Shown here one piece after another: positions 1 through 10,900 of a stretch of 39,623 nucleotides of DNA (positions are counted from its first letter, which is position 1; each line of letters opens with the position of its first letter). Origin of the DNA: Pseudomonadota bacterium (GTDB taxonomy: Bacteria; Pseudomonadota; Gammaproteobacteria; Competibacterales; Competibacteraceae); the NCBI GenBank assembly GCA_029780415.1, contig JAKOYN010000073.1, positions 1-39,623 of the forward strand, given 5' to 3'. The notes under the pieces are model-generated. The model worked only from the letters and a program-made list of their open reading frames with translations, searched no databases and was not told the origin of the DNA. Both the position numbers and the translations under genes were made by a program.

Positions 1-333
1 GGTAACGCTCAGCGGCAGCAGGGCGATAATGGTCGCTGCCGCTGCACTGGAGGTGAAACGCAGGGCATGGGTTTCACATAGAAAGTACAGGACCGGCTCG
101 AACAGCGCCATCAGCAGCAGCCATTTCCAGTCGCCGGGACGGTAGCGCAGCGGACCAAAGTAGCGGCGCAGGCTCAGGAAAACGACACTGGCGATCAGCA
201 GTCGGGCGAAAGTCACCAGCAGCGGGTCATACACCGCGACCGCCAGTTTCATGGCCGCAAAGGAACTGCCCCAGATCAGCATGGCGACCAGCAGCAGGAT
301 TACGGAATATTGCAAAACGGGCCTGGTTTTCAT
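1..333 (-). CDS. EamA/DMT-family transporter, N-terminal part (gene runs off the window start)
   Basis: Minus-strand translation from ATG at 333-331 gives MKTRPVLQYSVILLLVAMLIWGSSFAAMKLAVAVYDPLLVTFARLLIAS... It has several hydrophobic helices and the LIWGSSFxAMK-type motif typical of EamA domains. The ORF is open to the window edge. Confidence 0.6.
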   Translation of the reverse strand, partial: MKTRPVLQYSVILLLVAMLIWGSSFAAMKLAVAVYDPLLVTFARLLIASVVFLSLRRYFGPLRYRPGDWKWLLLMALFEPVLYFLCETHALRFTSSAAAATIIALLPLSVT

Positions 334-564
334 GGGCATGGACAGGGTGGAGACCGGCTACTGGGAAAGGCGCCGATTCTAGCGCGGTTTTGTCCCACCA
401 GCCGATCCGGATGCGATAGGCCGCGTCCAGCCTGCCGCGTCCATGTTAGAATCGTCTCCGATTTTATTTTTATTATGGTGGCGCTTGCCGCCATCGTAGC
501 CGGCCAGCCTTGCTGACCCTGTTCTCCCATACTGGGACCATGACCACCGGCCTCACCGGCCCTT

Positions 565-1098
565 GTGCAGCTTTTCAGGCCAAACGGATCTGTTGTGCTC
601 GTAAAAAAACAACACGCGCGCGATGCACACGGGAATTCCGCGCCCACAGGCTCGGATCCAGGCTCTGGCTATACGCGTCGGTGGTGCCTGAATGCATGCC
701 TGGCCATGCTGATCCTGACTCTGGAGCTTCCTGCACTGCCCGCTCAGGAACTGATCGCCAATCCGGCATTGCCGAGCGCGCCAGTGGATCGCAACCAGTT
801 GCGGCTGTATTTCACCCTGCGCCTGAAGCTCTGGGATAACCGCATCCCCCTGACGGTATTCGTCCTGCCAGATGATCATCCCCTGCATGAGCAATTCGCC
901 AAGAGCGTCCTTGGCCTGTTTCCCTACCAGTTGCGGCAGGTCTGGGACCGCCAGTTATTCTCCGGAACCGGGCAGACACCGATCACCGTCAACAGTGAAC
1001 AGGACATGATCGAGCGGGTCGCAAACACGCCTGGAGCGATCGGCTATGCCGCATCCGGAGTCTCTCATCCACAGGTGCAGACCCTGGAGATCCGTTGA
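565..1098 (+). CDS. PstS-like periplasmic-binding-protein-fold domain protein. Start is uncertain: the alternative ATG at 706 gives 131 aa, and neither start gives a signal peptide.
   Basis: The C-terminal part, ...ITVNSEQDMIERVANTPGAIGYAASG..., resembles the PGAIGY motif region of phosphate/phosphonate-binding PBP-fold proteins. It lies immediately upstream of an OM barrel and a GGDEF-EAL sensor. The 5' region is frame-ambiguous. Confidence 0.4.
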   Translation: MQLFRPNGSVVLVKKQHARDAHGNSAPTGSDPGSGYTRRWCLNACLAMLILTLELPALPAQELIANPALPSAPVDRNQLRLYFTLRLKLWDNRIPLTVFVLPDDHPLHEQFAKSVLGLFPYQLRQVWDRQLFSGTGQTPITVNSEQDMIERVANTPGAIGYAASGVSHPQVQTLEIR

Positions 1099-1099
1099 C

Positions 1100-2302
1100 A
1101 TGCGCACCGGATCAATCCTGTTAACCATCATCCTGCTGTTCGTGCTCGATCTGGGCAGCGCGCGCGCCGATGAAGCTTCTTGGCTGGATACCCTGCAAGT
1201 GCATGGTTTCGCCAGCCAGGCCGCCGTGCAAACCAGCGATAATCATTTTTTCGGTGACAGCGACGATCAGTTCTCGCTGGACTTCACCGAACTGGGTATC
1301 AACGCCTCGCTGCAGCCGCAACCCTGGCTGCTGCTGTCTGGCCAATTGCTGTCGCGGCGCGCCGGCGAGATGTACGATGGCAGCCCGACTGTTGACTATG
1401 CGCTGGCCGATATCACCTTCGCCGCCACCCCTGATTACCTGCTGGATTTGCGCATTGGGCGCATCAAGAATCCGCTCGGACTGTACAACGAAACCCGCGA
1501 TGTGCCCTTCACCCATCCGGGCATCTTCCTGCCCCAGGTGGTCTATTACGACCGGGTGCGCAACCTGATGCTCGCCTCCGATGGCATGATGCTCCATGGC
1601 GAGCTGTATGGTGATACCGGCACGTTTACATTCACCCTTGGCGGCGGCCAGTCCGTCATGGACGAAAATGTCGAGTGGACCTACCTCGGCTATGACTTCG
1701 ACGGCGAACTGAAACCGGATGGCAATACCGGGATTGCCAGCTTCTGGTACACGCTGCCGGGCGATCAACTCAAATTCGGCCTGAGCGGCGCGGCCTTGTC
1801 CATGCATTTCAACCCCGGCCCGTATTCGCCACTCAGTAATGGCACCACTGAACTCCTCTATTGGATCGCCTCCATCCAGTACGACGCCGAAGACTGGACC
1901 CTGTCGGCCGAGTACGCCAGCGAACCACTCGAATGGCGTGACTATGGCCCCTTTTTCATGAATCGCAAGGTTACCACCGAGGGCTATTACCTGCAGGGAC
2001 TCTACCGGATCCGTCCCGATATCCAACTGATGCTGCGCTACGAGGAAGGCTTTGCCGACCGCAATAACCGCGCGGGCACGCCACCACCAGGCGTTACTGC
2101 GGGCCTGTTGCCACCTTACGCCAACTTCTCCAAGATCTGGACCACGGGGCTGCGCTGGGACATTGACCGCAACTGGATGCTGCGCGTCGAGTACCAGCGC
2201 CACCACGGAACCTTCGTGCTATCGCCCCGGGAAAATCTCGATCCTGGCCAGTTGCGCGAGGATTGGGATCTATTCGCCATCCAGGCCGCGTTTCGTTTCT
2301 AA
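1100..2302 (+). CDS. Outer-membrane beta-barrel protein, family unassigned
   Basis: The N-terminus, MRTGSILLTIILLFVLDLGSARA, is a signal peptide. Aromatic residues alternate along the sequence, and the C-terminus ends ...AIQAAFRF with a terminal Phe, typical of OMP barrels. Confidence 0.7.
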   Translation: MRTGSILLTIILLFVLDLGSARADEASWLDTLQVHGFASQAAVQTSDNHFFGDSDDQFSLDFTELGINASLQPQPWLLLSGQLLSRRAGEMYDGSPTVDYALADITFAATPDYLLDLRIGRIKNPLGLYNETRDVPFTHPGIFLPQVVYYDRVRNLMLASDGMMLHGELYGDTGTFTFTLGGGQSVMDENVEWTYLGYDFDGELKPDGNTGIASFWYTLPGDQLKFGLSGAALSMHFNPGPYSPLSNGTTELLYWIASIQYDAEDWTLSAEYASEPLEWRDYGPFFMNRKVTTEGYYLQGLYRIRPDIQLMLRYEEGFADRNNRAGTPPPGVTAGLLPPYANFSKIWTTGLRWDIDRNWMLRVEYQRHHGTFVLSPRENLDPGQLREDWDLFAIQAAFRF

Positions 2303-2313
2303 AAGGCAGCGCC

Positions 2314-4725
2314 ATGGACCTGCATCGTCCGTTATCTTCGCCGGTGCGCTATCTGAGCCTGCGCTGGAAGACGCTGATCCTGCTCAGCGTCGTGCTGGTG
2401 CTGGTCAATACCGCGCTGGCGCTGCTGGCCTACCGGCAATCAGCGCGGCAGTTCAATCAGCAGCAGGCGCAACTGCGCGAGCAGCACATCCGCCAGTTTC
2501 GTTCCCTGTTCGATGAGGGCTATCGGCAGATGTCGCGGCTGGCCAACATCGTGCCACTGCTGGGCTCCTATCATCCAGCCCCGGATCTCAATGCCCGCCT
2601 GCGCCAGGCAGTAGGCGCCAACGGCTATATGCTCGATCTGGAATGGGATATCCGCTCGGTGCACTGGCTCCCGGCCACCGGCCAGCTCACCCTGCTGTGG
2701 CCACCTGAAGCGCCGCCGCTGCCGATCACAGTCGCTGAGCAATTGCGCGCGGCGACCGAGCACACCACCACTCTGCTGTCCTGTGACGAGGACTGTCGCC
2801 AATATTTGGCTTCGCCCCTGCTCTGGGAAAGCCATTTTGCCGGTACCCTGCTCCTCAGCCGCTCACTGGCCGATATGCTGCTGGCCTTCCAGGCGCTGAC
2901 GGGTGTCGATGTTGCCATAGTCAATACCCAGATTGCCGCCACCCGACCCGCGCCGGCGGACTGGATGCAGCGCCGCTTCCCAGCCGTCACACATCGTGAA
3001 CAACTGCAACTGATTCTGGTAGAGACTGGACTGACCCAGCAGCTACTCGCGCCCGGTGATAGCCCGCACTGGGTGACCGTCGGCGCGCAGACCTTTGAGC
3101 TGTCGCGCCTCGCTACCCTGGCGACCGGCGTCGATGCCCTGGCCATCACTGAAGTCACCGCCCAGCGTCAGGCTATCGCCCAGGCAACCCGCAACAGCTT
3201 CCTGATCGGCCTGCTCGGGCTGGCGCTCTCGGAAACCCTGCTGCTGCTGCTGCTGCGCAAACCGCTATCCCGGCTGCGCCGCCTGGCCGAACTGCTGCCG
3301 CTGCTCGCTGAAAACCGCCATGTCGAACTGCGCACCCGGCTGCCGCTGCTGGGCCGTTCGCCCCTGCATCGGGACGAAATGGACCTGCTGGTCGATACGG
3401 TTGGCAATCTGACCACGCGCATGCAACAGCTCCAGCAAGACCGCGAAGAGGCCGAAAGCCGCCTGCTGTGGCTGGCCGATCACGACCCGCTGACCACGCT
3501 GGCCAACCGCCGGCGCTTCAACGACGATTTCAGCCGGGTGATTGATCAGGCCCTGCGCTATAACCACTCGGGCGCGCTGCTGTTTTTCGATCTCGACCAG
3601 TTCAAGGATGTCAACGACCTCAGCGGTCACAGTATCGGCGACCAACTGCTGATCCAGATCGCCAGCCAGCTGCAGCAGATCGTGCGCAAAAGCGACCTGC
3701 TAGCGCGCTTTGGCGGCGACGAATTCGCGCTGGCCATCCCGGAATCGAGCGTCGAGCAGGCCATCGTCACTGCCGAGCGCGTGCAGGAGGCGGTGCGCGC
3801 CATCGTGCTGCACAGCCACGGCCGGCGGCATCAGGTATCCGCGAGCATCGGCATCGCCCTGTTTCCGCTCCACGGTGAACAGCCTCAGCAGGTACTGGCC
3901 AACGCCGATCTGGCCATGTACCAGGCCAAGGCCAAGGGCCGTGGCGTCTGGCACCTGTTCTCCGACGATGAACAGGCCCGCGAGCAGGCCGCCAGCCGCG
4001 TGCTGTGGAAACAGAAAATCGCCGATGCCCTGGCCGAGAACCGCTTCGAGTTGTACGGCCAGCCGATCCTGCACATCCCCACTCAACGCGTGACCCGCAT
4101 GGAGGTGCTGCTGCGGATGCGCGAAACCGATGGCACACTGGTCTATCCTGACCGTTTCATCCCAATCGCCGAGCATACCGGCCAGATTAGGGCCATCGAT
4201 CACTGGGTGCTGGCGCGGGCGATCGCCTTGATGCATGAGCAGCCGGAACTCTGCCTGTCGGTCAACCTGTCCGCCGGCGCTCTGGAAGATCCCTCGCTGC
4301 TGCCAGACATTGAGGCCCAGTTGCGTGACCAGAACATCGTCGCGGCGCGGGTGACCTTTGAAATCACCGAAACCGTCGCCATCAACAACCTGCAGGACGC
4401 CATCCGGCTGATGCACAGCATTCGTCAACTCGGCTGCCGCTTTGCCCTGGACGATTTCGGCAGCGGTTTTGCCTCCTATGCCTATCTACGGCAGTTACCG
4501 ATCGACGATGTAAAAATCGACGGAACCTTCATTCGCGAACTGGCGGCAAACCGCGAAGACCAGATCTTCGTTAAGTCGATCACCGACATTGCCCACGGCA
4601 TGGGCAAGCGGGTCGTCGCCGAGTTTGTTGAGAACGAAGAGATTCTGCGCATCCTCGGCGAAATCGGCGTCGACTACGCTCAGGGCTACCACATTGGCCG
4701 ACCGGCACCGCTGCCAGCGGCCTGA
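2314..4725 (+). CDS. Membrane sensor diguanylate cyclase/phosphodiesterase (periplasmic sensor domain, TM, GGDEF and EAL domains)
   Basis: Two TM segments flank a ~280-aa periplasmic region. The GGDEF motif is RFGGDEFAL, preceded by LFFDLDQFKDVND. The EAL domain shows EVLLRMRE ... FALDDFGSGFASYAYLRQLPIDDVKID. Confidence 0.9.
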   Translation: MDLHRPLSSPVRYLSLRWKTLILLSVVLVLVNTALALLAYRQSARQFNQQQAQLREQHIRQFRSLFDEGYRQMSRLANIVPLLGSYHPAPDLNARLRQAVGANGYMLDLEWDIRSVHWLPATGQLTLLWPPEAPPLPITVAEQLRAATEHTTTLLSCDEDCRQYLASPLLWESHFAGTLLLSRSLADMLLAFQALTGVDVAIVNTQIAATRPAPADWMQRRFPAVTHREQLQLILVETGLTQQLLAPGDSPHWVTVGAQTFELSRLATLATGVDALAITEVTAQRQAIAQATRNSFLIGLLGLALSETLLLLLLRKPLSRLRRLAELLPLLAENRHVELRTRLPLLGRSPLHRDEMDLLVDTVGNLTTRMQQLQQDREEAESRLLWLADHDPLTTLANRRRFNDDFSRVIDQALRYNHSGALLFFDLDQFKDVNDLSGHSIGDQLLIQIASQLQQIVRKSDLLARFGGDEFALAIPESSVEQAIVTAERVQEAVRAIVLHSHGRRHQVSASIGIALFPLHGEQPQQVLANADLAMYQAKAKGRGVWHLFSDDEQAREQAASRVLWKQKIADALAENRFELYGQPILHIPTQRVTRMEVLLRMRETDGTLVYPDRFIPIAEHTGQIRAIDHWVLARAIALMHEQPELCLSVNLSAGALEDPSLLPDIEAQLRDQNIVAARVTFEITETVAINNLQDAIRLMHSIRQLGCRFALDDFGSGFASYAYLRQLPIDDVKIDGTFIRELAANREDQIFVKSITDIAHGMGKRVVAEFVENEEILRILGEIGVDYAQGYHIGRPAPLPAA

Positions 4726-4728
4726 GGT

Positions 4729-6507
4729 TCACGGTGCCCTAGCCGGCGCAGGCGGCGGACTGCCGGCCGTCTGACCCAAACCACGCGCCACGGTGCTGTT
4801 GCCGAGGAAACCGAAGATCGCCGCCGCCGCTGGCAGCGAGTTATTCGCTTCGCTGCCCTCGACCAGCACATTTGGTACTTTCACCGCCTCGGGATGGGCG
4901 GCGATAAAGGCCAGCACGTCCTTGACCATCGCCAACTGATAGGTCAGTTCGCGGCCGAGCACACCGGCCTGCGCCTGCTGGCCAGCGGCGATTTCCTGCA
5001 GGCGCAGCTTTTCACCTTCACCACGCAATTGCGCTGCAGTGCGATCCTGCTTGGCCACCTCGACCTGAATTTCGGCGCGCACCAGTTCTGACTGCTGCTC
5101 GGCGGTGGAGCGGGCCTTTTCGGTCTTGATGCGCTCTTCCTGCGCCTGCTGCTCCTTCTGGAAGGTCGTGGTCATCTGCTGCGCCAACTGCTCGCGCTTG
5201 CGAGCCAGCAGCAGTTCCGGCGGCAGCGCCGGATCGCCAAAGCGCACCTCACGCACTGAGACACCCGCGTTGCGTGCCTCGGGAATCAGGGCTTCCAGCA
5301 CTGCCTGCTCCAGTTGCGGCCGCTTGTCCTGCAGATCCAGCACCCGATGCACGCTCTGAGTGACATCGCCGCCCCGGGCATCGACCGGCGCCACATAGGA
5401 ACCGGTGACGTTGCGCACGATGCTGCGCACCGTCGGAGTCATGATCTTGTCCTCGACCGCCTGCAGATCACCGACCGAGGCGACCACAAAAGGCGCATCC
5501 TCCGGCGTTACTTGGGCCAGCACGCGCAGATCCTGCGGAATTTCCCAGCCTTCGACCCGCAGCAGCACGGCGTTATCAGCGGCATTCTGGGGTGTCACCA
5601 CATCCTCGCGCTCGGCGGTCTGTTCGATCTGGCCATTCTGGTTCAGAGTCAGATTGATGCGCCGTTTGACGTAGCCGCCCTGGTATTGCCAGGTCTGGAT
5701 GCGGGTATCAACCAGCGCCACTTCATAGGCACGCTTGTTAAGGTAATAGGTACCCGGCAGCAGCGGCTCGCTCCACACCCCGCGACAGCCACGCGGCACC
5801 AGGGGCACCGACAGCTTTTCGGTGCGCTCATCGTGGATCGGCTGGCAATTCTCGGCCGGAATCTCGCGGACGTTGGATTTGATCACCGCGACAAAGCCGG
5901 CCGGCACCGAGGTCGCGCGCAGTGGCTCACCCTTGGCCTGCACCTCAAACAGATACTGATTGAGGCGATAGCGCCCGGGCTTGAGCACCGTCAATTGCGG
6001 TCCCTTCTGCCCCTGACCCTGGTTGAGGAAAAAGTCGGCATCGAGCATGCGCTGCTCGTCACGCCAGGCATCGGCGAGAAACTGATCCGGGCGCAGCGGC
6101 AATCCATCACGCGCGACCAGATAGCCGTAGTGGCCCTCGGGCACCTCGGTCACCGGCAACTGCTCGACTTCATAGAGCAGATTCAGCAGCGGCTTGAAAT
6201 TAAAGCCGGGACCAAGGATTTCCGCCTGCGGGCCAGCCTCGCCGGACATGGCGATGATATGACCCGATGGCAACTGCTTAACGCCATAGATCAGCTTCAG
6301 ATGGCCGACCTTGTCCTGATCGATGATGACAAAGGAGGTCGCCAGCACCATGAACACCGCCGCCAGCGATAGCGCGACGCGGATTCCGCTGCGCAGCCAG
6401 CCGAGGGTGATAGGCTGGCCACCGCGCGTGGTTCTGGTTTCGGGAATAAAGCGCGGTATGAAAATCGCGCCGAGTATAAACAGCAAAATCAGCAGCAGAA
6501 GGGTCAT
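4729..6507 (-). CDS. Flotillin/SPFH (band-7) family membrane protein, YqiK-like
   Basis: There is an N-terminal TM helix, an SPFH-like core, and a C-terminal E/Q/A/R-rich coiled-coil region (EQQAQEERIKTEKARSTAEQQSELVRAEIQVEVAKQ). It is convergent with the GGDEF-EAL gene across a 3-bp gap. Confidence 0.8.
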   Translation of the reverse strand: MTLLLLILLFILGAIFIPRFIPETRTTRGGQPITLGWLRSGIRVALSLAAVFMVLATSFVIIDQDKVGHLKLIYGVKQLPSGHIIAMSGEAGPQAEILGPGFNFKPLLNLLYEVEQLPVTEVPEGHYGYLVARDGLPLRPDQFLADAWRDEQRMLDADFFLNQGQGQKGPQLTVLKPGRYRLNQYLFEVQAKGEPLRATSVPAGFVAVIKSNVREIPAENCQPIHDERTEKLSVPLVPRGCRGVWSEPLLPGTYYLNKRAYEVALVDTRIQTWQYQGGYVKRRINLTLNQNGQIEQTAEREDVVTPQNAADNAVLLRVEGWEIPQDLRVLAQVTPEDAPFVVASVGDLQAVEDKIMTPTVRSIVRNVTGSYVAPVDARGGDVTQSVHRVLDLQDKRPQLEQAVLEALIPEARNAGVSVREVRFGDPALPPELLLARKREQLAQQMTTTFQKEQQAQEERIKTEKARSTAEQQSELVRAEIQVEVAKQDRTAAQLRGEGEKLRLQEIAAGQQAQAGVLGRELTYQLAMVKDVLAFIAAHPEAVKVPNVLVEGSEANNSLPAAAAIFGFLGNSTVARGLGQTAGSPPPAPARAP

Positions 6508-6600
6508 GGACAGCCTCTCACGGTTCGCCGCAGCGAGTCGCTGTTCAGCGTTGCAGGGATTGGTTAGAGTCTAGCGCCTGTTCCATGATCTGATACTGCG

Positions 6601-9600
6601 ATGCCCGACCTTCCCGTGCCCACGCTTGCCGACCCGTCCCGCTGGCAGTTCTGGATTGACCGTGGCGGTACCTTCACCGATATCGTCGCCCGCCGCCCCG
6701 ATGGCCAACTGGTGACGCATAAGCTGCTCTCGGACAATCCCGGGCATTATGCCGATGCGGCCCTGCACGGGATTCGCCAGTTGCTCGGCCTGTCCCGGGA
6801 CCAGCCAATTCCCGCCGAACGCATCGCGGCGGTGAAAATGGGCACTACCGTCGCCACCAATGCCCTTTTGGAACGCAAGGGTGACCGTACTCTGCTGCTC
6901 ATTACCCAGGGCTTTCGCGACGCTCTGCGCATCGGCTATCAGAATCGGCCCAGGCTGTTCGCCCGCCATATCGTGCTGCCGGAATTGCTGTACGAGCGGG
7001 TCGCGGAAGTGAACGAGCGGGTCGCGGCGCACGGCGACATCATCATCCCCTTCGATGCCGACAGCACCCGCGCGGCGCTGATCGACGCTTACCAGGCCGG
7101 TATCCGCGCCGTAGCCATCGTGTTCCTGCACGGCTATCGCTACCCGGATCACGAGCGGCGCGCGGCAGAACTGGCGCGCGCCATTGGCTTCAGCCAGATT
7201 TCAATCTCGCATCAGGTCAGTCCGCTGATGAAGCTGGTCGGGCGCGGCGACACCACCGTAGTGGACGCTTATCTATCGCCGATCCTGCGCCGCTACGTTG
7301 ACCGGGTGAGCGCCGAACTGGGCAACGCGCGCCTGCTGTTCATGCAGTCCAATGGTGGTCTGGCCGATGCCCGCCATTTCCAGGGCAAGGACAGCGTTCT
7401 GTCCGGCCCGGCCGGTGGCATCGTTGGCGCCGCCCGCAGCACGGCCCGCGCCGGCTTCGACCGGATCATCACCTTCGACATGGGCGGTACATCCACCGAT
7501 GTCGCCCACTACGCCGGCGCATACGAACGCGCCTTCGAAACCCTGGTCGCTGGCGTGCGGCTGCATGCACCGATGCTGCATATCCATACCGTAGCGGCGG
7601 GCGGTGGCTCGATCTGCCGCTTTGACGGCAGCCGGCTGCGGGTTGGACCGGAATCCGCCGGCGCCCATCCCGGTCCGGCCTGCTACCGGCGCGGTGGGCC
7701 GCTGACCGTGACCGACTGCAACCTGCTTCTCGGGCGGATTCAGCCGGCATTCTTCCCGCGCGTGTTCGGTGCCACTCAGGATCAGGCCCTGGACCGGGCA
7801 ACGGTCATCGACCGGTTTGCAGCGCTGGTCGCCAGAATTCAGGCCGCAACCGGAACGCTGCATACGCCAACGGCACTGGCCGAGGGCTTCCTGAATATCG
7901 CCATCGAAAACATGGCGAATGCCATCAAGCAGATTTCCACCCAGCGCGGTTATGACGTGACCGAATACACCCTGTGCTGCTTTGGCGGTGCCGGCGGCCA
8001 GCATGCCTGCGCGGTGGCCGATGCGCTGGGCATGTCGAGCGTCTTCATTCATCCCTTTGCCGGGGTGTTGTCGGCCTATGGCATGGGGCTGGCCGACGCC
8101 CGGCTGTTGCGGGAACAGGCGATCGAAGCGCCGCTGAGCGCCGCACTTTTGCCAACCCTGGAAAGGGTATTCGCCAAACTGGAACAGGCCGGCCGGACGG
8201 AAATGGCAGCGCAGGACATTCCCGCCGCGCACATCCGCAGCGCCCGTACCGTTCGCCTGCGCTACGCCAACAGCGATAGCGCTCTGAGCATCACCGCCGA
8301 TGAGCTGAGCACCCTGCAGGCACGCTTTGAAAGCGCTCACCGGCAGCGCTATGGTTTTCTCATGCCGGACAAGGCATTGATCGTACAGGCAGCGCTGCTT
8401 GAGGTGATCGGCGGTGGCTTCGATATCGGCCACGCCGATGCGCCTGAACCGGCTGGCCCTGTGCCAGAATCCAAGGCGGCATCATCAACCCCGCAACCCA
8501 TCACAACGGTCCCGGTGCATATTGCGGGTCGCGACCATGATGCGCCCCTGTACCGGCGTGACCAGTTGCGCCCCGGCGATCGCATCCCCGGTCCCGCCAT
8601 CCTGAGTGAAACCGGCGCTACGACGCTGATCGAACCCGGCTGGCAGGCCGACATCACGGCGCGGCACGATCTGGTGCTGACGCGGCATGAACCCCTCGCT
8701 CGACGGGTAGCGGTCGGGACTGCAGCGGATCCTATTTTGCTGGAGGTGTTCAACAACCGGTTCATGGCCATCGCCGAACAGATGGGCGTGACCCTGGCCA
8801 ATACCGCGCATTCGGTCAACATCAAGGAACGGCTGGATTTTTCCTGCGCGCTGTTCGACCAGAACGGTCAATTGATCGCCAACGCCCCGCATATTCCGGT
8901 GCATCTTGGTTCGATGGGCGAAGCGGTGCAGGCACTCATTCAGGCACAGGGCGACCGGTTCCTGCCCGGCGACGTCTACGCCAGCAACGCGCCCTACAGC
9001 GGCGGGACGCATCTGCCGGACATCACGGTCATCACCCCGGTTTTCGATGCAGAAGGGGAACAGGTTCTGTTCTACGTCGCCTCGCGCGGCCATCACGCCG
9101 ACATCGGCGGCATTTCGCCCGGCTCGATGCCGCCGGACAGCGTCAGCATCGATCAGGAAGGCGTGTTACTGGACAATTTTCCACTGGTGACAGGCGGACG
9201 GTTCTGCGAGCGGGAACTGCTCGAACAGTTGAACCGTGGCCCCTGGCCGGCTCGCAACCCGCAGCAAAATCTCGCTGACCTGCAGGCCCAGATTGCCGCC
9301 AACGGCAAGGGTGTGCAGGAACTGCAGCACATGGTGGCACAGTTTGGATTACCGGTGGTCCACGCCTACATGGGCCACGTCCAGGATAACGCCGCCGAAC
9401 AGGTACGCCGGGCGCTGGACCGGCTGCAGGAGGGTAAGTTCACCTACGAGATGGACAACGGCGCGGCTATCCGGGTCGCTATCACACTGGATCGGGAACG
9501 CCGCTCGGCCCGGATCGACTTCACCGGCACCTCGCCGCAACAGGCCAGCAATTTCAATGCACCGCGCGCGGTAGGTCTGGCGGCGGTGCTGTACGTGTTC

Positions 9601-10269
9601 CGCACCCTGGTGGACGACGACATCCCGCTGAACGCCGGCTGCCTGCGCCCGCTGGACATAGTCATCCCGGCAGGTTGCCTGCTCGATCCCCGCCCGCCGG
9701 CGGCAGTGGTGGCCGGCAATGTGGAAACCTCGCAGTGCGTGGTCGATGCCCTGTACGGCGCGCTCGGGGTGATGGCCGCCGCACAGGGCACCATGAACAA
9801 CTTCACCTTCGGCAACGACCGCCACCAGTATTACGAAACGATCTGTGGCGGCGCCGGCGCGGGACCGGGTTTCGATGGCGCTTCGGCGGTGCAGACCCAC
9901 ATGACCAATTCCCGGCTGACCGACCCCGAGGTGCTGGAATGGCGGTTTCCGGTGCGGCTGGAGGAGTTCTGCATCCGCGCCGGCAGTGGCGGCGCGGGCC
10001 GCTGGCGCGGCGGCGATGGCGTGATTCGGCAGCTTCGCTTCCTGGAGCCGATGAGCGCGGCGATTCTCTCCGGCCATCGCCGCATTCCACCCTACGGCCT
10101 GGCCGGCGGGGAACCGGGTCAGGTCGGACGCAATGCTGTGGAACGGGCTGATGGACGGACTGAGGAACTGCCGGGTACGGCGGTCGTCGCGATGCAGGCC
10201 GGGGATGCTGTCGTCATCGAAACGCCGGGCGGCGGGGGTTGGGGTATACCTGGCAATCCAGGCCCTTGA
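6601..10269 (+). CDS. 5-oxoprolinase / hydantoinase, fused A (N-terminal) and B (C-terminal) subunits in one 1222-aa polypeptide
   Basis: The N-terminal [14 protein letters not shown] motif belongs to the hydantoinase A/oxoprolinase family. The C-terminal half matches the hydantoinase B architecture. It is a single uninterrupted ORF. Confidence 0.85.
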   Translation: MPDLPVPTLADPSRWQFWIDRGGTFTDIVARRPDGQLVTHKLLSDNPGHYADAALHGIRQLLGLSRDQPIPAERIAAVKMGTTVATNALLERKGDRTLLLITQGFRDALRIGYQNRPRLFARHIVLPELLYERVAEVNERVAAHGDIIIPFDADSTRAALIDAYQAGIRAVAIVFLHGYRYPDHERRAAELARAIGFSQISISHQVSPLMKLVGRGDTTVVDAYLSPILRRYVDRVSAELGNARLLFMQSNGGLADARHFQGKDSVLSGPAGGIVGAARSTARAGFDRIITFDMGGTSTDVAHYAGAYERAFETLVAGVRLHAPMLHIHTVAAGGGSICRFDGSRLRVGPESAGAHPGPACYRRGGPLTVTDCNLLLGRIQPAFFPRVFGATQDQALDRATVIDRFAALVARIQAATGTLHTPTALAEGFLNIAIENMANAIKQISTQRGYDVTEYTLCCFGGAGGQHACAVADALGMSSVFIHPFAGVLSAYGMGLADARLLREQAIEAPLSAALLPTLERVFAKLEQAGRTEMAAQDIPAAHIRSARTVRLRYANSDSALSITADELSTLQARFESAHRQRYGFLMPDKALIVQAALLEVIGGGFDIGHADAPEPAGPVPESKAASSTPQPITTVPVHIAGRDHDAPLYRRDQLRPGDRIPGPAILSETGATTLIEPGWQADITARHDLVLTRHEPLARRVAVGTAADPILLEVFNNRFMAIAEQMGVTLANTAHSVNIKERLDFSCALFDQNGQLIANAPHIPVHLGSMGEAVQALIQAQGDRFLPGDVYASNAPYSGGTHLPDITVITPVFDAEGEQVLFYVASRGHHADIGGISPGSMPPDSVSIDQEGVLLDNFPLVTGGRFCERELLEQLNRGPWPARNPQQNLADLQAQIAANGKGVQELQHMVAQFGLPVVHAYMGHVQDNAAEQVRRALDRLQEGKFTYEMDNGAAIRVAITLDRERRSARIDFTGTSPQQASNFNAPRAVGLAAVLYVFRTLVDDDIPLNAGCLRPLDIVIPAGCLLDPRPPAAVVAGNVETSQCVVDALYGALGVMAAAQGTMNNFTFGNDRHQYYETICGGAGAGPGFDGASAVQTHMTNSRLTDPEVLEWRFPVRLEEFCIRAGSGGAGRWRGGDGVIRQLRFLEPMSAAILSGHRRIPPYGLAGGEPGQVGRNAVERADGRTEELPGTAVVAMQAGDAVVIETPGGGGWGIPGNPGP

Positions 10270-10286
10270 TTTCTATCTGAACCGGA

Positions 10287-10736
10287 CTACCAGTACTGTT
10301 TAAAATCAGGCCCGCGTTCCGGCAGTTGGCGCGGCGAGCCGTCCGCGTTGACCGCGACATAGACGATCACCGCCTCGGTGACCTGATCGGACAGCAGTTC
10401 GCCATCACGGGCGCGCTGCACGAACACCTCCACCTTGACCGTGATCGAGGTCGAGCCGACCTTCTGAATCCGCGCGAAACAGCTCAGCAGGTCGCCGACG
10501 AACACCGGCTTGTGGAACTCCATCGATGTCACAGCCACGGTTGCGACCCGGCCACCGGCGTACTCGACCGCCACCACGCTGCCGGCAACGTCCATCTGCG
10601 CCATGATCCAGCCGCCGAAAATATTGCCATTGGGATTAGCGTGCGCGGGCATCGCCAGAATGCGCACGGTTGGCTGGCGATCACGCGGAAATGTGTCGGT
10701 AGTTGACGGGGTCGCGGGAGATTCGGGGGTAGACAT
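10287..10736 (-). CDS. Acyl-CoA thioesterase, hotdog fold (YciA-like)
   Basis: MSTPES...VRILAMPAHANPNGNIFGGWIMAQMDVAGS...VGSTSITVKVEVF matches the YciA-type thioesterase pattern. The start was chosen at the internal Met, where the conserved domain begins. Confidence 0.75.
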   Translation of the reverse strand: MSTPESPATPSTTDTFPRDRQPTVRILAMPAHANPNGNIFGGWIMAQMDVAGSVVAVEYAGGRVATVAVTSMEFHKPVFVGDLLSCFARIQKVGSTSITVKVEVFVQRARDGELLSDQVTEAVIVYVAVNADGSPRQLPERGPDFKQYW

Positions 10737-10900
10737 GACAACTCCTGACAGGATACGGAAAAAAACCAGACGGCCATGATGCGGCGCAGGATGCGGCACG
10801 ATGGTCGGTTTTGGCAAAATGCCGTGCCAAACTCGCCACGGACTGGACTATCATACTGTGATTGAAACAGCGCCAACATTCAAAGAGAGGATCAACAATA

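Noticed and set aside
1121-2206. Long antisense ORFs opposite real genes (e.g. 1121-2206 -, 5314-6372 +, 7273-8433 -, 12454-13560 -, 18050-19579 +, 24250-25563 +)
   Set aside because: They translate to Arg/Ala/Gly/Pro-rich, low-complexity products typical of stop-codon-poor frames in high-GC DNA. Each is fully contained in a confidently assigned gene on the other strand.
4729-6507. Considered whether the flotillin C-terminal Ala/Pro-rich tail (SPPPAPARAP) indicated a fusion or frameshift
   Set aside because: Flotillin/YqiK proteins commonly end in low-complexity tails. The ORF is continuous and ends 3 bp from the convergent gene.
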